A program made the position numbers and the translations under genes. A stretch of 56,761 nt of DNA, from the NCBI GenBank assembly GCA_964436015.1, contig CAYTAR010000007.1:1-56761 (forward strand). The letters are read 5' to 3'. A model generated the notes under the pieces. The model was not told the origin of the DNA and ran no database searches. It was given only the letters and a program-made list of their open reading frames with translations. The stretch's first letter is position 1. Each line of letters begins with the position of its first letter. Shown in pieces: positions 28,944 to 38,602 of the stretch. This stretch comes from an uncultured Candidatus Saccharibacteria bacterium. Its GTDB lineage: Bacteria > Patescibacteriota > Minisyncoccia > Phycocordibacterales > GCA-2401445.

Positions 28944-29210
28944 TCAATAGCGGTTCCGTTTCCACACGTGGTTCAGAAGCAACGCTCCAAAAAAAATGAG
29001 TAGGAACTGTCCAAAAAGGAACAAAAACCCTGAACCAAATCCAACCACTGCGTCCATGAACCGAATCCGAATGACATCGTACCGGTTGCACAAAGCAAGA
29101 ATAACCGGTAAGAAGATGAAGATAAGAATCACGATACTCAAGGCAATACGCCCCTTTGTTGGCTCAAGCCAAAGACGGGGCTTTCCGTAGTGAATGCGTT
29201 TTGATTTCAT
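28944..29210 (-). CDS. Small two-TM membrane protein
   Basis: Two hydrophobic helices, and the gene has its own terminator. Confidence 0.45.
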   Translation of the reverse strand: MKSKRIHYGKPRLWLEPTKGRIALSIVILIFIFLPVILALCNRYDVIRIRFMDAVVGFGSGFLFLFGQFLLIFFGALLLNHVWKRNRY

Positions 29211-29279
29211 AGAACTACCGCCAGCATACGATAGGTTATGGTGCTTGTCAAATAGACCCCTTTGTGGTATACTACTAAG

Positions 29280-29870
29280 ATGGAACCAATAAAAAATTAC
29301 ACACTCGTACCAACAGTGATTGAGAAAACACAGTTTGGTGAACGAGCGTATGACATTTATTCACGGCTATTAAAAGATCACATCATCTTTTTGGGAGGTC
29401 CTATTGATGACCACACCGCAAATATTATTATCGCCCAGCTCCTCTTTCTACAATCAGAGGATGCAAAAAAGGACATTTCGCTCTATATCAACTCTCCTGG
29501 TGGCTCGGTAACTGCCGCTCTTGCAATACTTGATACGATGAACCTCATCAAGAACGATGTGGCCACATTTTGTGTCGGTATTGCAGCATCCGCAGGTGCA
29601 GTACTACTATCTGCTGGAAAGAAAGGTAAACGATTTGCACTCCCTAATGCTGAAATAATGATTCATCAACCATGGGGTGGGGTTCAAGGACAGGCAACTG
29701 AAATTGAAATAACCGCGCGACAGATACTTAAAACCCGTGAGAAACTTAACAAAATACTTGCGAAAGCAACTGGTCAGGATGTCAAAAAGGTTGAAAAAGA
29801 CGTTGAGCGCGACTACTACATGAGCGCCGATGAGGCTAAAAAGTACGGTATTATTGACTCAGTTCTCTAA
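29280..29870 (+). CDS. clpP: ATP-dependent Clp protease proteolytic subunit
   Basis: [17 protein letters not shown] (catalytic Ser) and MIHQP (His). The ATG at 29280 is preferred over the TTG at 29262. Confidence 0.92.
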   Translation: MEPIKNYTLVPTVIEKTQFGERAYDIYSRLLKDHIIFLGGPIDDHTANIIIAQLLFLQSEDAKKDISLYINSPGGSVTAALAILDTMNLIKNDVATFCVGIAASAGAVLLSAGKKGKRFALPNAEIMIHQPWGGVQGQATEIEITARQILKTREKLNKILAKATGQDVKKVEKDVERDYYMSADEAKKYGIIDSVL

Positions 29871-29874
29871 CGTG

Positions 29875-29904
29875 AAAAAAACTCCGCCCAAGCGGAGTTT
29901 TTTT
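29875..29904 (+). terminator. Rho-independent terminator
   Basis: aactccgc-ccaa-gcggagtt followed by a T-run. Confidence 0.8.
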
Positions 29905-30116
29905 ATCACATATAGACAATACATAAAATTTACGTTATCATTTGAAAGTTAGCTGTAATTTTAATTATCACTTGCGTTTGATGAACGAGGTGCGAAGACG
30001 TGGTTATTCAACCGGAGACATCCGATATACTGATACACTCAATGTTTTTTTCATTTAGTCTTATTTTGAATATCAAAACGAACCGAGATCGCTAAACGCG
30101 AGTTTAACAACCGCGT

Positions 30117-31646
30117 ATGACATTAAAAATTGTGCTCCTTATTGGAGTATTCGCAACCCTTTTTGGTGTTGCAGCTGGATACTTTCTCCGCCTCATTATA
30201 TCAATGGGAAAGAGAGGGTCCATGGAGCTTGAAATCAAGCAGATGATGCTTGAAGCTCGAGAAGAAGCAAAGAAAATTGTAGGGGAAGCTGAGAAAAAAG
30301 CTGAAGAAGCACTCCGACTTTCTCGCATAGAGGTTAAAGAAAAAGAGGAAAAAGCAAAGAAAACAGAGGAACGACTTATTAAAAAGGAAGAACTTTTAGA
30401 TAAGCGCCAGATTGATATTGATAGTGAAGTTGAGCATATAAAGGAGAAAATTACGGAAATAAAAACAATCCGTGAGAAAACAGGGAAGCTTGAACAGGAG
30501 AAACTAGCCGAGCTTGAACGAGTTGCTCGCCTCTCTCAAGAAGAAGCGAAGAATAAGCTTCTAGAAGTTGTAGAGAAAAATGCTGAAGAAGACCTTATGG
30601 TTCGTGTTCAGAAGCTTGAACTCCAAGCTGAAGAGCGACTAGAACGCCGCGCACAGGAAATACTTACAACGTCCGTTCAGAGACTTTCAAATTCTGTTGC
30701 GCCAGATATCATGTCTACCAACATCACTATTCCTTCAGACGAGTTGAAGGGCAAGATTATTGGTAAAGAAGGAAGAAATATCAAAGCATTTGAACGAGCA
30801 AGCGGTGTTGAAGTAATTGTAGATGACACCCCAGGGGTGATTACCATATCTTCATTTGACCCGATTCGTCGTCAGGTCGCACGTCTCGCTCTTGAAAACC
30901 TTATACTTGATGGACGTATTCAACCCGCACGTATTGAAGAAGCGGTTGAAAAAGCACGACAAGAGATAAGCAAAATAACCAAAGAAAAAGGGGAACAGGC
31001 GGTGTACGAATGTGGAATATACAACCTTGACCCACGAATTGTTTCTATTCTAGGACGACTCTACTTTAGAACAAGTTATGGGCAAAATGTGCTTCAGCAC
31101 TCTATTGAAATGGCACACATCGCAGGCATGCTTGCTGAAGAACTAGGTGCAGACGTTGCGGTGGCTAAAACTGGAGCGCTGGTGCACGACATAGGAAAGG
31201 CACTTGATCACGAAGTACAAGGAACGCACGTTGAAATCGGAAGACGCATCCTTCAAAAATTTGGTGCGAGTGAAAAAATTATTCAAGCTATGGAAGCTCA
31301 CCACGAAGAGTACCCATATGTCACTCTTGAATCAAGAATTGTTCAAGCAGCTGACGCAATTTCTGGCTCTCGACCAGGCGCACGACGGGATTCGGTTGAA
31401 AACTATCTCAAACGACTAAGTGACCTGGAAGGCATCGCAAACTCATTTGAAGGTGTAGATAAGTCATACGCGCTTCAAGCAGGACGTGAAATTCGCATCT
31501 TTATTCACCCTGAGAAAGTGACCGACTTACAGGCAAAAGAAATGGCGAGAAATATAGCACTCCGTATTGAACAAGAACTCAAATACCCTGGAGAAATCAA
31601 GGTAAATGTGATACGAGAGACTCGATGTATTGAATTCGCACGGTAA
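30117..31646 (+). CDS. rny: Ribonuclease Y
   Basis: N-terminal TM helix, coiled coil, KH domain (GKIIGKEGRNIK) and HD domain (LVHDIGKA). Confidence 0.92.
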   Translation: MTLKIVLLIGVFATLFGVAAGYFLRLIISMGKRGSMELEIKQMMLEAREEAKKIVGEAEKKAEEALRLSRIEVKEKEEKAKKTEERLIKKEELLDKRQIDIDSEVEHIKEKITEIKTIREKTGKLEQEKLAELERVARLSQEEAKNKLLEVVEKNAEEDLMVRVQKLELQAEERLERRAQEILTTSVQRLSNSVAPDIMSTNITIPSDELKGKIIGKEGRNIKAFERASGVEVIVDDTPGVITISSFDPIRRQVARLALENLILDGRIQPARIEEAVEKARQEISKITKEKGEQAVYECGIYNLDPRIVSILGRLYFRTSYGQNVLQHSIEMAHIAGMLAEELGADVAVAKTGALVHDIGKALDHEVQGTHVEIGRRILQKFGASEKIIQAMEAHHEEYPYVTLESRIVQAADAISGSRPGARRDSVENYLKRLSDLEGIANSFEGVDKSYALQAGREIRIFIHPEKVTDLQAKEMARNIALRIEQELKYPGEIKVNVIRETRCIEFAR

Positions 31647-31656
31647 TATCTGCCCT

Positions 31657-31690
31657 AAAAATACCCCTCATTTCGAGGGGTATTTTTATT
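31657..31690 (+). terminator. Rho-independent terminator
   Basis: atacccctc-atttc-gaggggtat followed by T4. Confidence 0.75.
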
Positions 31691-31721
31691 TCATGATAAA
31701 AAAGAATGTTCGTCAAGGGTA

Positions 31722-31749
31722 TTGCGCCGAAATATCCCTTTTATATAAT
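31722..31749 (+). promoter_or_regulatory. Candidate promoter for hup
   Basis: TTGCGC, a 16-nt spacer, then TATAAT at 31744-31749. Confidence 0.35.
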
Positions 31750-31835
31750 ACATATTGAGTTTACCCAATAACGGATAAACACTGCGGTCGAGAATCGGTC
31801 GATTGCTAATTACAAATTAGTTTCATACACAACAT

Positions 31836-32108
31836 ATGAACAAGCAAGCACTTGTTGATGTCGTACACGGTATCGTCAATGGAACCAAGGTTCAAGCTGA
31901 ACAAGTGGTAGACGGCGTTATTGATGCGATCGTAAACAGTCTGAAGAAAGGAGATGAGGTTTCTATCTCAGGTCTCGGTATCTTTTCAGTAAAAGCACGT
32001 GCAGCTCGCCAAGCTCGTAACCCACGAACTGGAGAGACTATTGACGTGCCAGCAATGAAGGTTCCAAAGTTCCGCCCTGCAAAGGCGCTCAAAGACGCGG
32101 TAAAATAG
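31836..32108 (+). CDS. hup: HU-family DNA-binding protein
   Basis: GFGSF-like GLGIFSV and RNPRTGE arm motif; 90 aa. Confidence 0.92.
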   Translation: MNKQALVDVVHGIVNGTKVQAEQVVDGVIDAIVNSLKKGDEVSISGLGIFSVKARAARQARNPRTGETIDVPAMKVPKFRPAKALKDAVK

Positions 32109-32118
32109 TTATCCGTAC

Positions 32119-32150
32119 AAAAAACCCCGCAGTTAGCGGGGTTTTTTGTT
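32119..32150. terminator. Bidirectional terminator between convergent genes
   Basis: aaaaccccgc-agtta-gcggggtttt. Confidence 0.8.
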
Positions 32151-32166
32151 TTCTACTATGTAGATT

Positions 32167-32922
32167 CTATTGAACCTCTACAACTCCCTCTCCGACATCA
32201 ACTGTGGTGCTTGAAATTGACTGTAGAGCGTTTGTTATATCATCAAGCGTTACATCACCCACAAAATCAAAATTATTCACAAATGCCTCAAATTGAGCCA
32301 AATGGACCTTTGTCTGCTCAGTTATCACATCAGATGACCAGAAGACAAGGTTGAATGAAATATCACCTCGCTCAAACAGGTAGCTCACTGAACGCATTCC
32401 AGCAGGAAGTTCATTGCTTTCATTCGTAAATACTGTTTCAACTCGGAATGCAGGGTGTCCGGCATCAGTTACCACATCCTTTGTTGTTGTTTTAAGCGAC
32501 ACGAGATCCTTAAGATCTGGATTATTTGCAAGATTTGCATTGAATTGTGCCTCGTTCACCTCTAGAGACGCTTTGTACTGCTCTATGGTTACTGGTCCAG
32601 CATCCACCACAATATACCCCTCTCCAGCTATTATTTCATTCGCAGTTTCGTCAGTGAAAATGTTTTCAGATGTTCCATACGCAAGTGCGGTCAAATTTCC
32701 TTCATTTGGAAACTGAAACCAAGAGTTTGGATGTTTAAGTGAGTACCCAAGGAACGGATGTGAGTATGTATTCCAATCAGCAGTTGAAACTTTTGGTTCG
32801 CCATTAGGAAATACAATAAATAATCCCACGACAATTCCAACCGCAAGCACTCCGAGCAAGAATGGCCCCTTACTTTTTTCCGCTTTCATTGATGTACTTG
32901 TTGTATCTTGTTGTTCTGTCAT
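32167..32922 (-). CDS. Membrane-anchored/secreted protein, unknown function
   Basis: One TM helix (FLLGVLAVGIVVGLFIVF) followed by a globular region. Confidence 0.55.
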   Translation of the reverse strand: MTEQQDTTSTSMKAEKSKGPFLLGVLAVGIVVGLFIVFPNGEPKVSTADWNTYSHPFLGYSLKHPNSWFQFPNEGNLTALAYGTSENIFTDETANEIIAGEGYIVVDAGPVTIEQYKASLEVNEAQFNANLANNPDLKDLVSLKTTTKDVVTDAGHPAFRVETVFTNESNELPAGMRSVSYLFERGDISFNLVFWSSDVITEQTKVHLAQFEAFVNNFDFVGDVTLDDITNALQSISSTTVDVGEGVVEVQ

Positions 32923-33164
32923 ATGTCTATAACTATATTACTAAAATCAATACATGAGTTTCCTCATTCCGCCAACTATACCACATATCACGGTTAGGTA
33001 AAATACACCTCAATGATTAACAGGTATATTTACACTTTTACATTGCAAAAAGAAATTATTCTACAACATTTATCTTTTCCACAAGCCAGACTCGCACGAA
33101 GACTCCGGCTTTCGCGACTTTGTTTTATTACTCACGAAGTGATTAGAAAACAAGAAGGACCCTT

Positions 33165-33581
33165 GTGGTGATTCTCCCTACCCGCAACATAAATATAGTC
33201 GCAAAATGCTCTCGCATTTTGCTTGTTATTTTTGTGCTTAAAAAGCATAAGAGGGAGAATCGGTCACAGATAATTTTGCTGACCTGCCTTTGCCGGCAGG
33301 CAGGTGTAAAAATTTTGCGACCTGATAATGTTCATTTCTACTTTAATAATGGAGTGTAGAGAATCGGTCACGAGTTACTAAGTCTGCTCATGCACTTCGT
33401 GCATTGCGCGGACTAAGTACTCGCGACCCCGCCTCGTCTGTTTCCGCTTTGAGCAAAAACCTCAAACAGAAACATGACTGCGGCTTTCGATTCTCCACGC
33501 AAGCAAAGAAGTTTGCTTGCTCTACTCCGCACCGCAAACAAAATTACCGTATTCCTGTTCGGAATACGGTAATTTTGGCGG
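33165..33581 (-). repeat. Composite structured element trailing tRNA-Gly(TCC), carrying tRNA T-arm-derived sense and antisense blocks
   Basis: About 160 nt (33417-33581) is roughly 93% identical by eye to 47834-47991. The antisense T-arm block is at 33486-33496. Sense 3'-end copies are at 33356-33371 and 33252-33267. An inverted 17-nt tRNA 3' copy is at 33170-33186. Confidence 0.8.
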
Positions 33582-33652
33582 TGCGGGTAGGGAGAATCGA
33601 ACTCCCGTATACTGCTTGGAAGGCAGTCATTCTACCACTAAACTATACCCGC
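33582..33652 (-). tRNA. tRNA-Gly (anticodon TCC), no encoded CCA
   Basis: Cloverleaf: acceptor GCGGGTA/TACCCGC, anticodon arm ACTGC-CTTCCAA-GCAGT, T arm GGGAG-TTCGATT-CTCCC, discriminator A. Confidence 0.9.
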
Positions 33653-33680
33653 AGTAGACAGTACTATACCAAAAACCTGT

Positions 33681-33727
33681 AAAAAACAAAATCCCCGATG
33701 CTTGCGCCTCGGGGATTTTGTTTTTTT
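33681..33727 (-). terminator. Rho-independent terminator of the 198-aa gene
   Basis: An 11-bp stem aaaatccccga/tcggggatttt flanked by an A-run and a T-run. Confidence 0.75.
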
Positions 33728-33985
33728 AATTACTCAGCTGAATCATCGCCCGCTACCTCCTCTTCTTCTCCACCCTCTTCATCATTTCGGAAAACAGTCT
33801 TTGTGTATGAGATCATACGTTATTGTATATAACTGGAAGATACGCACCGATGCACATACTCCCAAATTACTGATAAATCCTGGCTGATGACTACACAACC
33901 AAGAACATTATAAGTGTACATACTGGTGGTTAAAAGTCAATCATTTCCAAGTCTACAAAAAGCAAAAAAGCTATGTATAGAGCCG

Positions 33986-34582
33986 TTATACTGGTTCTCG
34001 GTAGGGGTCAGTAGAGACAGTGGGTGCTTCTGGCGACTGCTCCTTTTTATCTACTGAAGGAACAGAGATATTTCCCGAGAGTTTCTGCTCATGTATCGGC
34101 TTTAGAGACTCAGGGCGTGGCACAGTGACCGAAGAAGCGATTCCCGCAGAAACAGGACTCTCAGAAGTAGTAGTTTGAGGGCTTGAGTACACTGGAGCAG
34201 GATTGGACGCTCTAGGGTGAGTTTGCTCATTGGTTTGATTTTCCTCCACCGCAACATGGGAATCACCGTGAAGCTCACGCATGCGTTCACGGAGCGTAGA
34301 GAATATTTTTTCGTTGATCTCTCCCGCTATAGTGTTGATAGTGGCTGGGTCTAACTTCAACTCATTTTTCAGGTGTGTAATAAATTCACGAGCAGGGGTA
34401 AGTCCTAAAATAACGTATCCGGTTTCATTAGAAAGTGTCGCTATCTGCTCATTGGTTAGATTATGCGCATCAGCTATTTCATACAACAGGTCGTGCGCAG
34501 GTAGATCAGTAACCGCAATACGTAAATCTTCTGGCAGTTGCGCATATTTATCCCGCAATATATCAATTGAAAATCGTGCCAT
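33986..34582 (-). CDS. Hypothetical protein with a low-complexity P/S/T-rich C-terminus
   Basis: Last gene of the minus-strand cluster 40554-33986. I recognised no motif. Confidence 0.5.
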   Translation of the reverse strand: MARFSIDILRDKYAQLPEDLRIAVTDLPAHDLLYEIADAHNLTNEQIATLSNETGYVILGLTPAREFITHLKNELKLDPATINTIAGEINEKIFSTLRERMRELHGDSHVAVEENQTNEQTHPRASNPAPVYSSPQTTTSESPVSAGIASSVTVPRPESLKPIHEQKLSGNISVPSVDKKEQSPEAPTVSTDPYREPV

Positions 34583-34681
34583 AGGTGCTTAGTTACTTAT
34601 TAATCACTATCTTTTGAACTTAACTTTTCTTTAATCGCTTCCAACTGTTCTTTTATATCTACACCTGAATCTGCAGTCGGC

Positions 34682-36511
34682 TCAACTTTTTTTTCTTGCT
34701 TCACGAATTTTATTAACATCTGCCCTTATGTCTTCCCGTATCTTTGCAATTTGCTTTAACGCATCACGTCTCTCTTTTATCAAAGCACTCTTTTGTGCCT
34801 CTATGCGAGAAATATCATCCTCGTATCTCTTTTTATCTCCTGATGGCGCTCCAAGTTTTTCTTTTTCAAGATTCTTAATCTCCTCATCAACCTTTTGAGC
34901 CTCACTTTGCAAACGCGCCTCTTCGGAACGCAACTCACTTTGCTCTTCCCGACGACCTTTGTACTTACCAGAGAAAGATAATTTCATTTTTCTTAAATTA
35001 TCCTCTTTTTGAAGCTCCTGATTTTCAGTTTTCGCCCTATCTTTCTGGTATGTATTAATAGCATCCTGCCTTCCTTTAGATTTTATTCCAAGATTAAGTG
35101 CCCCTCTGTTGAGATTATCCATGTACTGCTTTTCCCGCACATCACCTCCAGGACCCTTCGCAAGAAACTCCCTTTGTTTTTTAATATTTTTTGCCCTATC
35201 TTCTGCCGCTTTGGTATATCCACCTTTTCTACCGCCAAAACTTGCTCCTGAAACTGCTCCGGTTGCATTTAGAAGCATTCCTCCCATCGTAGGGTTACGA
35301 GCAGTGAATCCTTTCAGTGCTCCACCCAATTTATCAGCCCCAAACCCAAGAGTATTTCTCCCCACAAAACCTCCTGTATTCTTTGCATAACTTATTGTTT
35401 TTTGCCTCGCCTTCTGCACCATACTGTTTGCCATACCACTTCCAATCGCGCCCACTTTCACTGAAATAAGAAGTGCTCCCAATATAAATGAAATTATCAG
35501 AACATAATTTAACAAAACACCAGTAACACCTGCACTTGTTCCTTGAACAAACGCAGCAGTAAAATTTTGTGGTGGATTAAACTGTGCTATTAATCCATTT
35601 AGCACACTCAGTGCAACAAAGAGTAACGCAAAGAAAAGGGGTGGAAAGAGAAGTTGTTTTGTAAGTTGATCCCACCACTGACTCGCATACTTCTGCGACC
35701 ACGGCAGTATCCATGCGAGAAACATTAGCGGAGAAAGTACCATGAGGAAAATCAATACTACAAACCGTGCAGTAAGTGTAATACCCATTACCACAAACGT
35801 AAACGCAAGAACAAGCATTACACCAACACCACCCATTGTCGCTATACCAAACTTCATTACATCTTTTAATACTTCAGCTGTGGCAGCAAGAGGTGCTGCA
35901 CCAGCATTAAACGCGGCTGCTGAATCTACACTGTACGCTGTACCAACGTTCGTCATTGTGAGCAACATTGCTGATAAGCTTTTCGCCGGCTCTTGGGTAG
36001 GAGTAGTAAGTACCGCATTATAAAACTGCACTGTCACCACATTTGAAATATCAATGAGTGCCTTCGTGAACACTAAACTGAAATTCATAAGAACTGCAGC
36101 GAGCACCACGCGCGCAAGCAGTGTCCGCGCTTGGTATCGGTCAATCTGAAGAATGGTTGCAATCGCAATAAAGAGGATAGTGAAGATGAAGAACATATTT
36201 GCTATGTCCCTAAACTTTGACCACGCAATATCTATTGCAGCAACTTTATTAATGTATGTATTCATCTGCACAATGGTGATATTAATCACACCATCAAGAA
36301 ACGCGCCGGTTATCCAGAGTGCGAATGCAAAAATACTCATTACAACATTCATTATCTCCTTTATTCCCCATTCAAATCCCGCTATCAAACCAGCTTCAAT
36401 CCAACCAGCCCATGAGCCACCACCTGCTTCTGCCGCCTCAACAAGTCCAGTCGGCATCAATACCGCCCCGAGAAGTACTGTTATTAAAATGAATGTTTTA
36501 AGAAATTTCAT
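34682..36511 (-). CDS. Polytopic membrane protein with TrbL/VirB6-like topology and a Lys/Glu-rich coiled-coil tail
   Basis: A signal-like N-terminus is followed by at least 8 hydrophobic helices, then about 180 aa of charged coiled coil. The VirB6 assignment rests on topology only. Confidence 0.6.
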   Translation of the reverse strand: MKFLKTFILITVLLGAVLMPTGLVEAAEAGGGSWAGWIEAGLIAGFEWGIKEIMNVVMSIFAFALWITGAFLDGVINITIVQMNTYINKVAAIDIAWSKFRDIANMFFIFTILFIAIATILQIDRYQARTLLARVVLAAVLMNFSLVFTKALIDISNVVTVQFYNAVLTTPTQEPAKSLSAMLLTMTNVGTAYSVDSAAAFNAGAAPLAATAEVLKDVMKFGIATMGGVGVMLVLAFTFVVMGITLTARFVVLIFLMVLSPLMFLAWILPWSQKYASQWWDQLTKQLLFPPLFFALLFVALSVLNGLIAQFNPPQNFTAAFVQGTSAGVTGVLLNYVLIISFILGALLISVKVGAIGSGMANSMVQKARQKTISYAKNTGGFVGRNTLGFGADKLGGALKGFTARNPTMGGMLLNATGAVSGASFGGRKGGYTKAAEDRAKNIKKQREFLAKGPGGDVREKQYMDNLNRGALNLGIKSKGRQDAINTYQKDRAKTENQELQKEDNLRKMKLSFSGKYKGRREEQSELRSEEARLQSEAQKVDEEIKNLEKEKLGAPSGDKKRYEDDISRIEAQKSALIKERRDALKQIAKIREDIRADVNKIREARKKS

Positions 36512-36517
36512 GCTGAA

Positions 36518-38602
36518 TTAAAATTGCGGAACCGGAAAACCATACACCTGCACCTCACCCAATCCAAACGAAGTGCCGTTAGCTTGCTGTATACGGACAT
36601 AGTCTGCTGAGAAGAATTCTGGAACCTGAACAATAATTGAGCCGTTTGATTCCACCCGCGTACCACTTGGAATGTCTATTACACGAAAATCAGATCCTCC
36701 TCGCATACCAGCTACTGTGGAATTATTCAATCCAATTGCATCTGGTGTTTCGCTCGCCGCAAGTACCACTTTCAAATTTTGAAGATTCGGAGGAAGGAGC
36801 TCTCCTGGAGAAACCTCGCCAGTTATTGGGAATATCCTCACTTCTGTAACTCGCACCGGTGTGTTGTATGAGATTCCAAACCATGGTTCAGAATATGCAG
36901 TTGCTTCATCTGTAACGAATGCCGGCCATGGAGCAGTTATTTTGGTATCACTTCGCGGTTGAGTATTTTCTGTTTTACCGTCTACAAGGTTCGTGAGTGG
37001 GTACGTAACAGGATTACCACCTTCCCATGTATGAGCGAGCAATCCTGATGAAGAAAGCGTTCCCGCATTTGCGATATTTCTAGACTCTGGAACAGGAACA
37101 CCGTATACTTCTACTTCAGCTAGTCCTAACCAATTATAATCTTCAACACTGCATGAGCCCCTATTTACCCTTACATATCTGATTGGTGTTTCTCTCAATT
37201 CCTCCGGAATAGAGATCACAAAATGGGTACGCCCAGAATCAGGAGAAAGAATAGAAGTAGAATAGACAAGTGAAGTTGGTGTAGTTATAGGGTCTTGAGT
37301 AAAAAACGCTACGGAAAATGAACTTGAAGCGTCAGCTCCTAAAGCCTTACAAGTTGAACTATCGTTTCCTATTTGTGACCTATGAATATGAACTTCTCCA
37401 ATAAGGTAATCATCTAGCAAATCAACTTGCCACCATGCAGGCATTGCATTTCTACCTGTGCGCGATGGGTCATTTCTTCTCGTACCATCCGTCGCATTAT
37501 CAGAAATATAATCATCATAGCGACTCGATTGATGTGTCGGTTTATTAAAAGCAACATTCTGTGCCATCCCTGTATACAAAGACCCCGTCCCCAGTGGAAT
37601 ATCCACCTCAACATTATCCACTTCACCGGTATTTGTTCGTGAATCTCCATCAGCATCACTAATAAAACTTGGTGTATTGAACGTATAACTGCCAGTTCCT
37701 CCTCCTGCACCCGCAAGACCATTAAATGCAGAACTCAAAAGCGTATTCATCAGCGCTCCGATAATTTCACTAATCTCATCTGCAATCTCAAGACGACGCT
37801 GTCCTGAGCCGACCGCGTTGTTAAGTTGGGTTTCAACAAACGCTCCTGGGGTTTCAATGTATCCTTCTATATCTGTTGCAGAGAGAAAACCTCGTCCCCA
37901 GTTAAGCTGATCTTTGAGAAGTTCTGATTCACGTGATATACGAAAAGTGAGTTCACGGTCAGCGGCAAGGTATGACGAGTACACATTATTGTTGGGCTCA
38001 AGCGCGACATTGTAAAATGCATCCAAACTGGCGATTTCACCTGAGGTCACATTACGGGCAATTTCATCCAATGTACATGCGCCAGCCGTCGTATATCCTC
38101 CGCTTCCAAAACTGAAGTCTAAACTCAATGCAAATTTGATTGAAAGATCAAACGAATCACACAAAAACCCTAATCCAAGTTCATCAATAAAATCCGCAGC
38201 TACGTTGTTTGCAGCGCTTGCAAACAACCCCCCTGGATCAGTTACAAACCCTGGATTTCCTTCAAAACCACTGTTAATCCACGAGACCATCTGCTGTCCT
38301 ATCATGTCTATAATGGTGTTAATGAGCGCAAACACCACACCGTCAAGTACAGTCTCTTTAATTTGAAGTGTTACGCTTGATTGTGCTGTCGCTGCTGTAG
38401 CGACTCCTACTGGAATATCGACAGTATTGACCGGAAGCGCTGATTCCACACGATAAGGCAAAGAAAAAAAGAATGCACTTGCAAAAAACAAGAGTAGAAT
38501 TGACACAAACATTCTATGCATTTTTTTTATGTTTCTCACCACAGAAGTATCAGATACATTATATCGCATGCAAAAAGAGGTAACCACCCGTACCCTGTTC
38601 AA
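36518..38602 (-). CDS. Membrane-anchored surface protein with two C-terminal discoidin (F5/8 type C)-like domains
   Basis: ATDG...PAWWQVDL...IGEVHIH and LVDGKTEN...PWFGISY...VTEVRIF patterns. The real start may be the internal MHRMFVS at about 38521, because the annotated start overlaps the upstream gene. Confidence 0.65.
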   Translation of the reverse strand: MNRVRVVTSFCMRYNVSDTSVVRNIKKMHRMFVSILLLFFASAFFFSLPYRVESALPVNTVDIPVGVATAATAQSSVTLQIKETVLDGVVFALINTIIDMIGQQMVSWINSGFEGNPGFVTDPGGLFASAANNVAADFIDELGLGFLCDSFDLSIKFALSLDFSFGSGGYTTAGACTLDEIARNVTSGEIASLDAFYNVALEPNNNVYSSYLAADRELTFRISRESELLKDQLNWGRGFLSATDIEGYIETPGAFVETQLNNAVGSGQRRLEIADEISEIIGALMNTLLSSAFNGLAGAGGGTGSYTFNTPSFISDADGDSRTNTGEVDNVEVDIPLGTGSLYTGMAQNVAFNKPTHQSSRYDDYISDNATDGTRRNDPSRTGRNAMPAWWQVDLLDDYLIGEVHIHRSQIGNDSSTCKALGADASSSFSVAFFTQDPITTPTSLVYSTSILSPDSGRTHFVISIPEELRETPIRYVRVNRGSCSVEDYNWLGLAEVEVYGVPVPESRNIANAGTLSSSGLLAHTWEGGNPVTYPLTNLVDGKTENTQPRSDTKITAPWPAFVTDEATAYSEPWFGISYNTPVRVTEVRIFPITGEVSPGELLPPNLQNLKVVLAASETPDAIGLNNSTVAGMRGGSDFRVIDIPSGTRVESNGSIIVQVPEFFSADYVRIQQANGTSFGLGEVQVYGFPVPQF

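Noticed and set aside
33730-33816. 28-codon acidic minus-strand ORF (MISYTKTVFRNDEEGGEEEEVAGDDSAE) upstream of the terminator at 33681-33727
   Set aside because: It is too short and has no Shine-Dalgarno or recognisable family. It cannot be supported from sequence alone.
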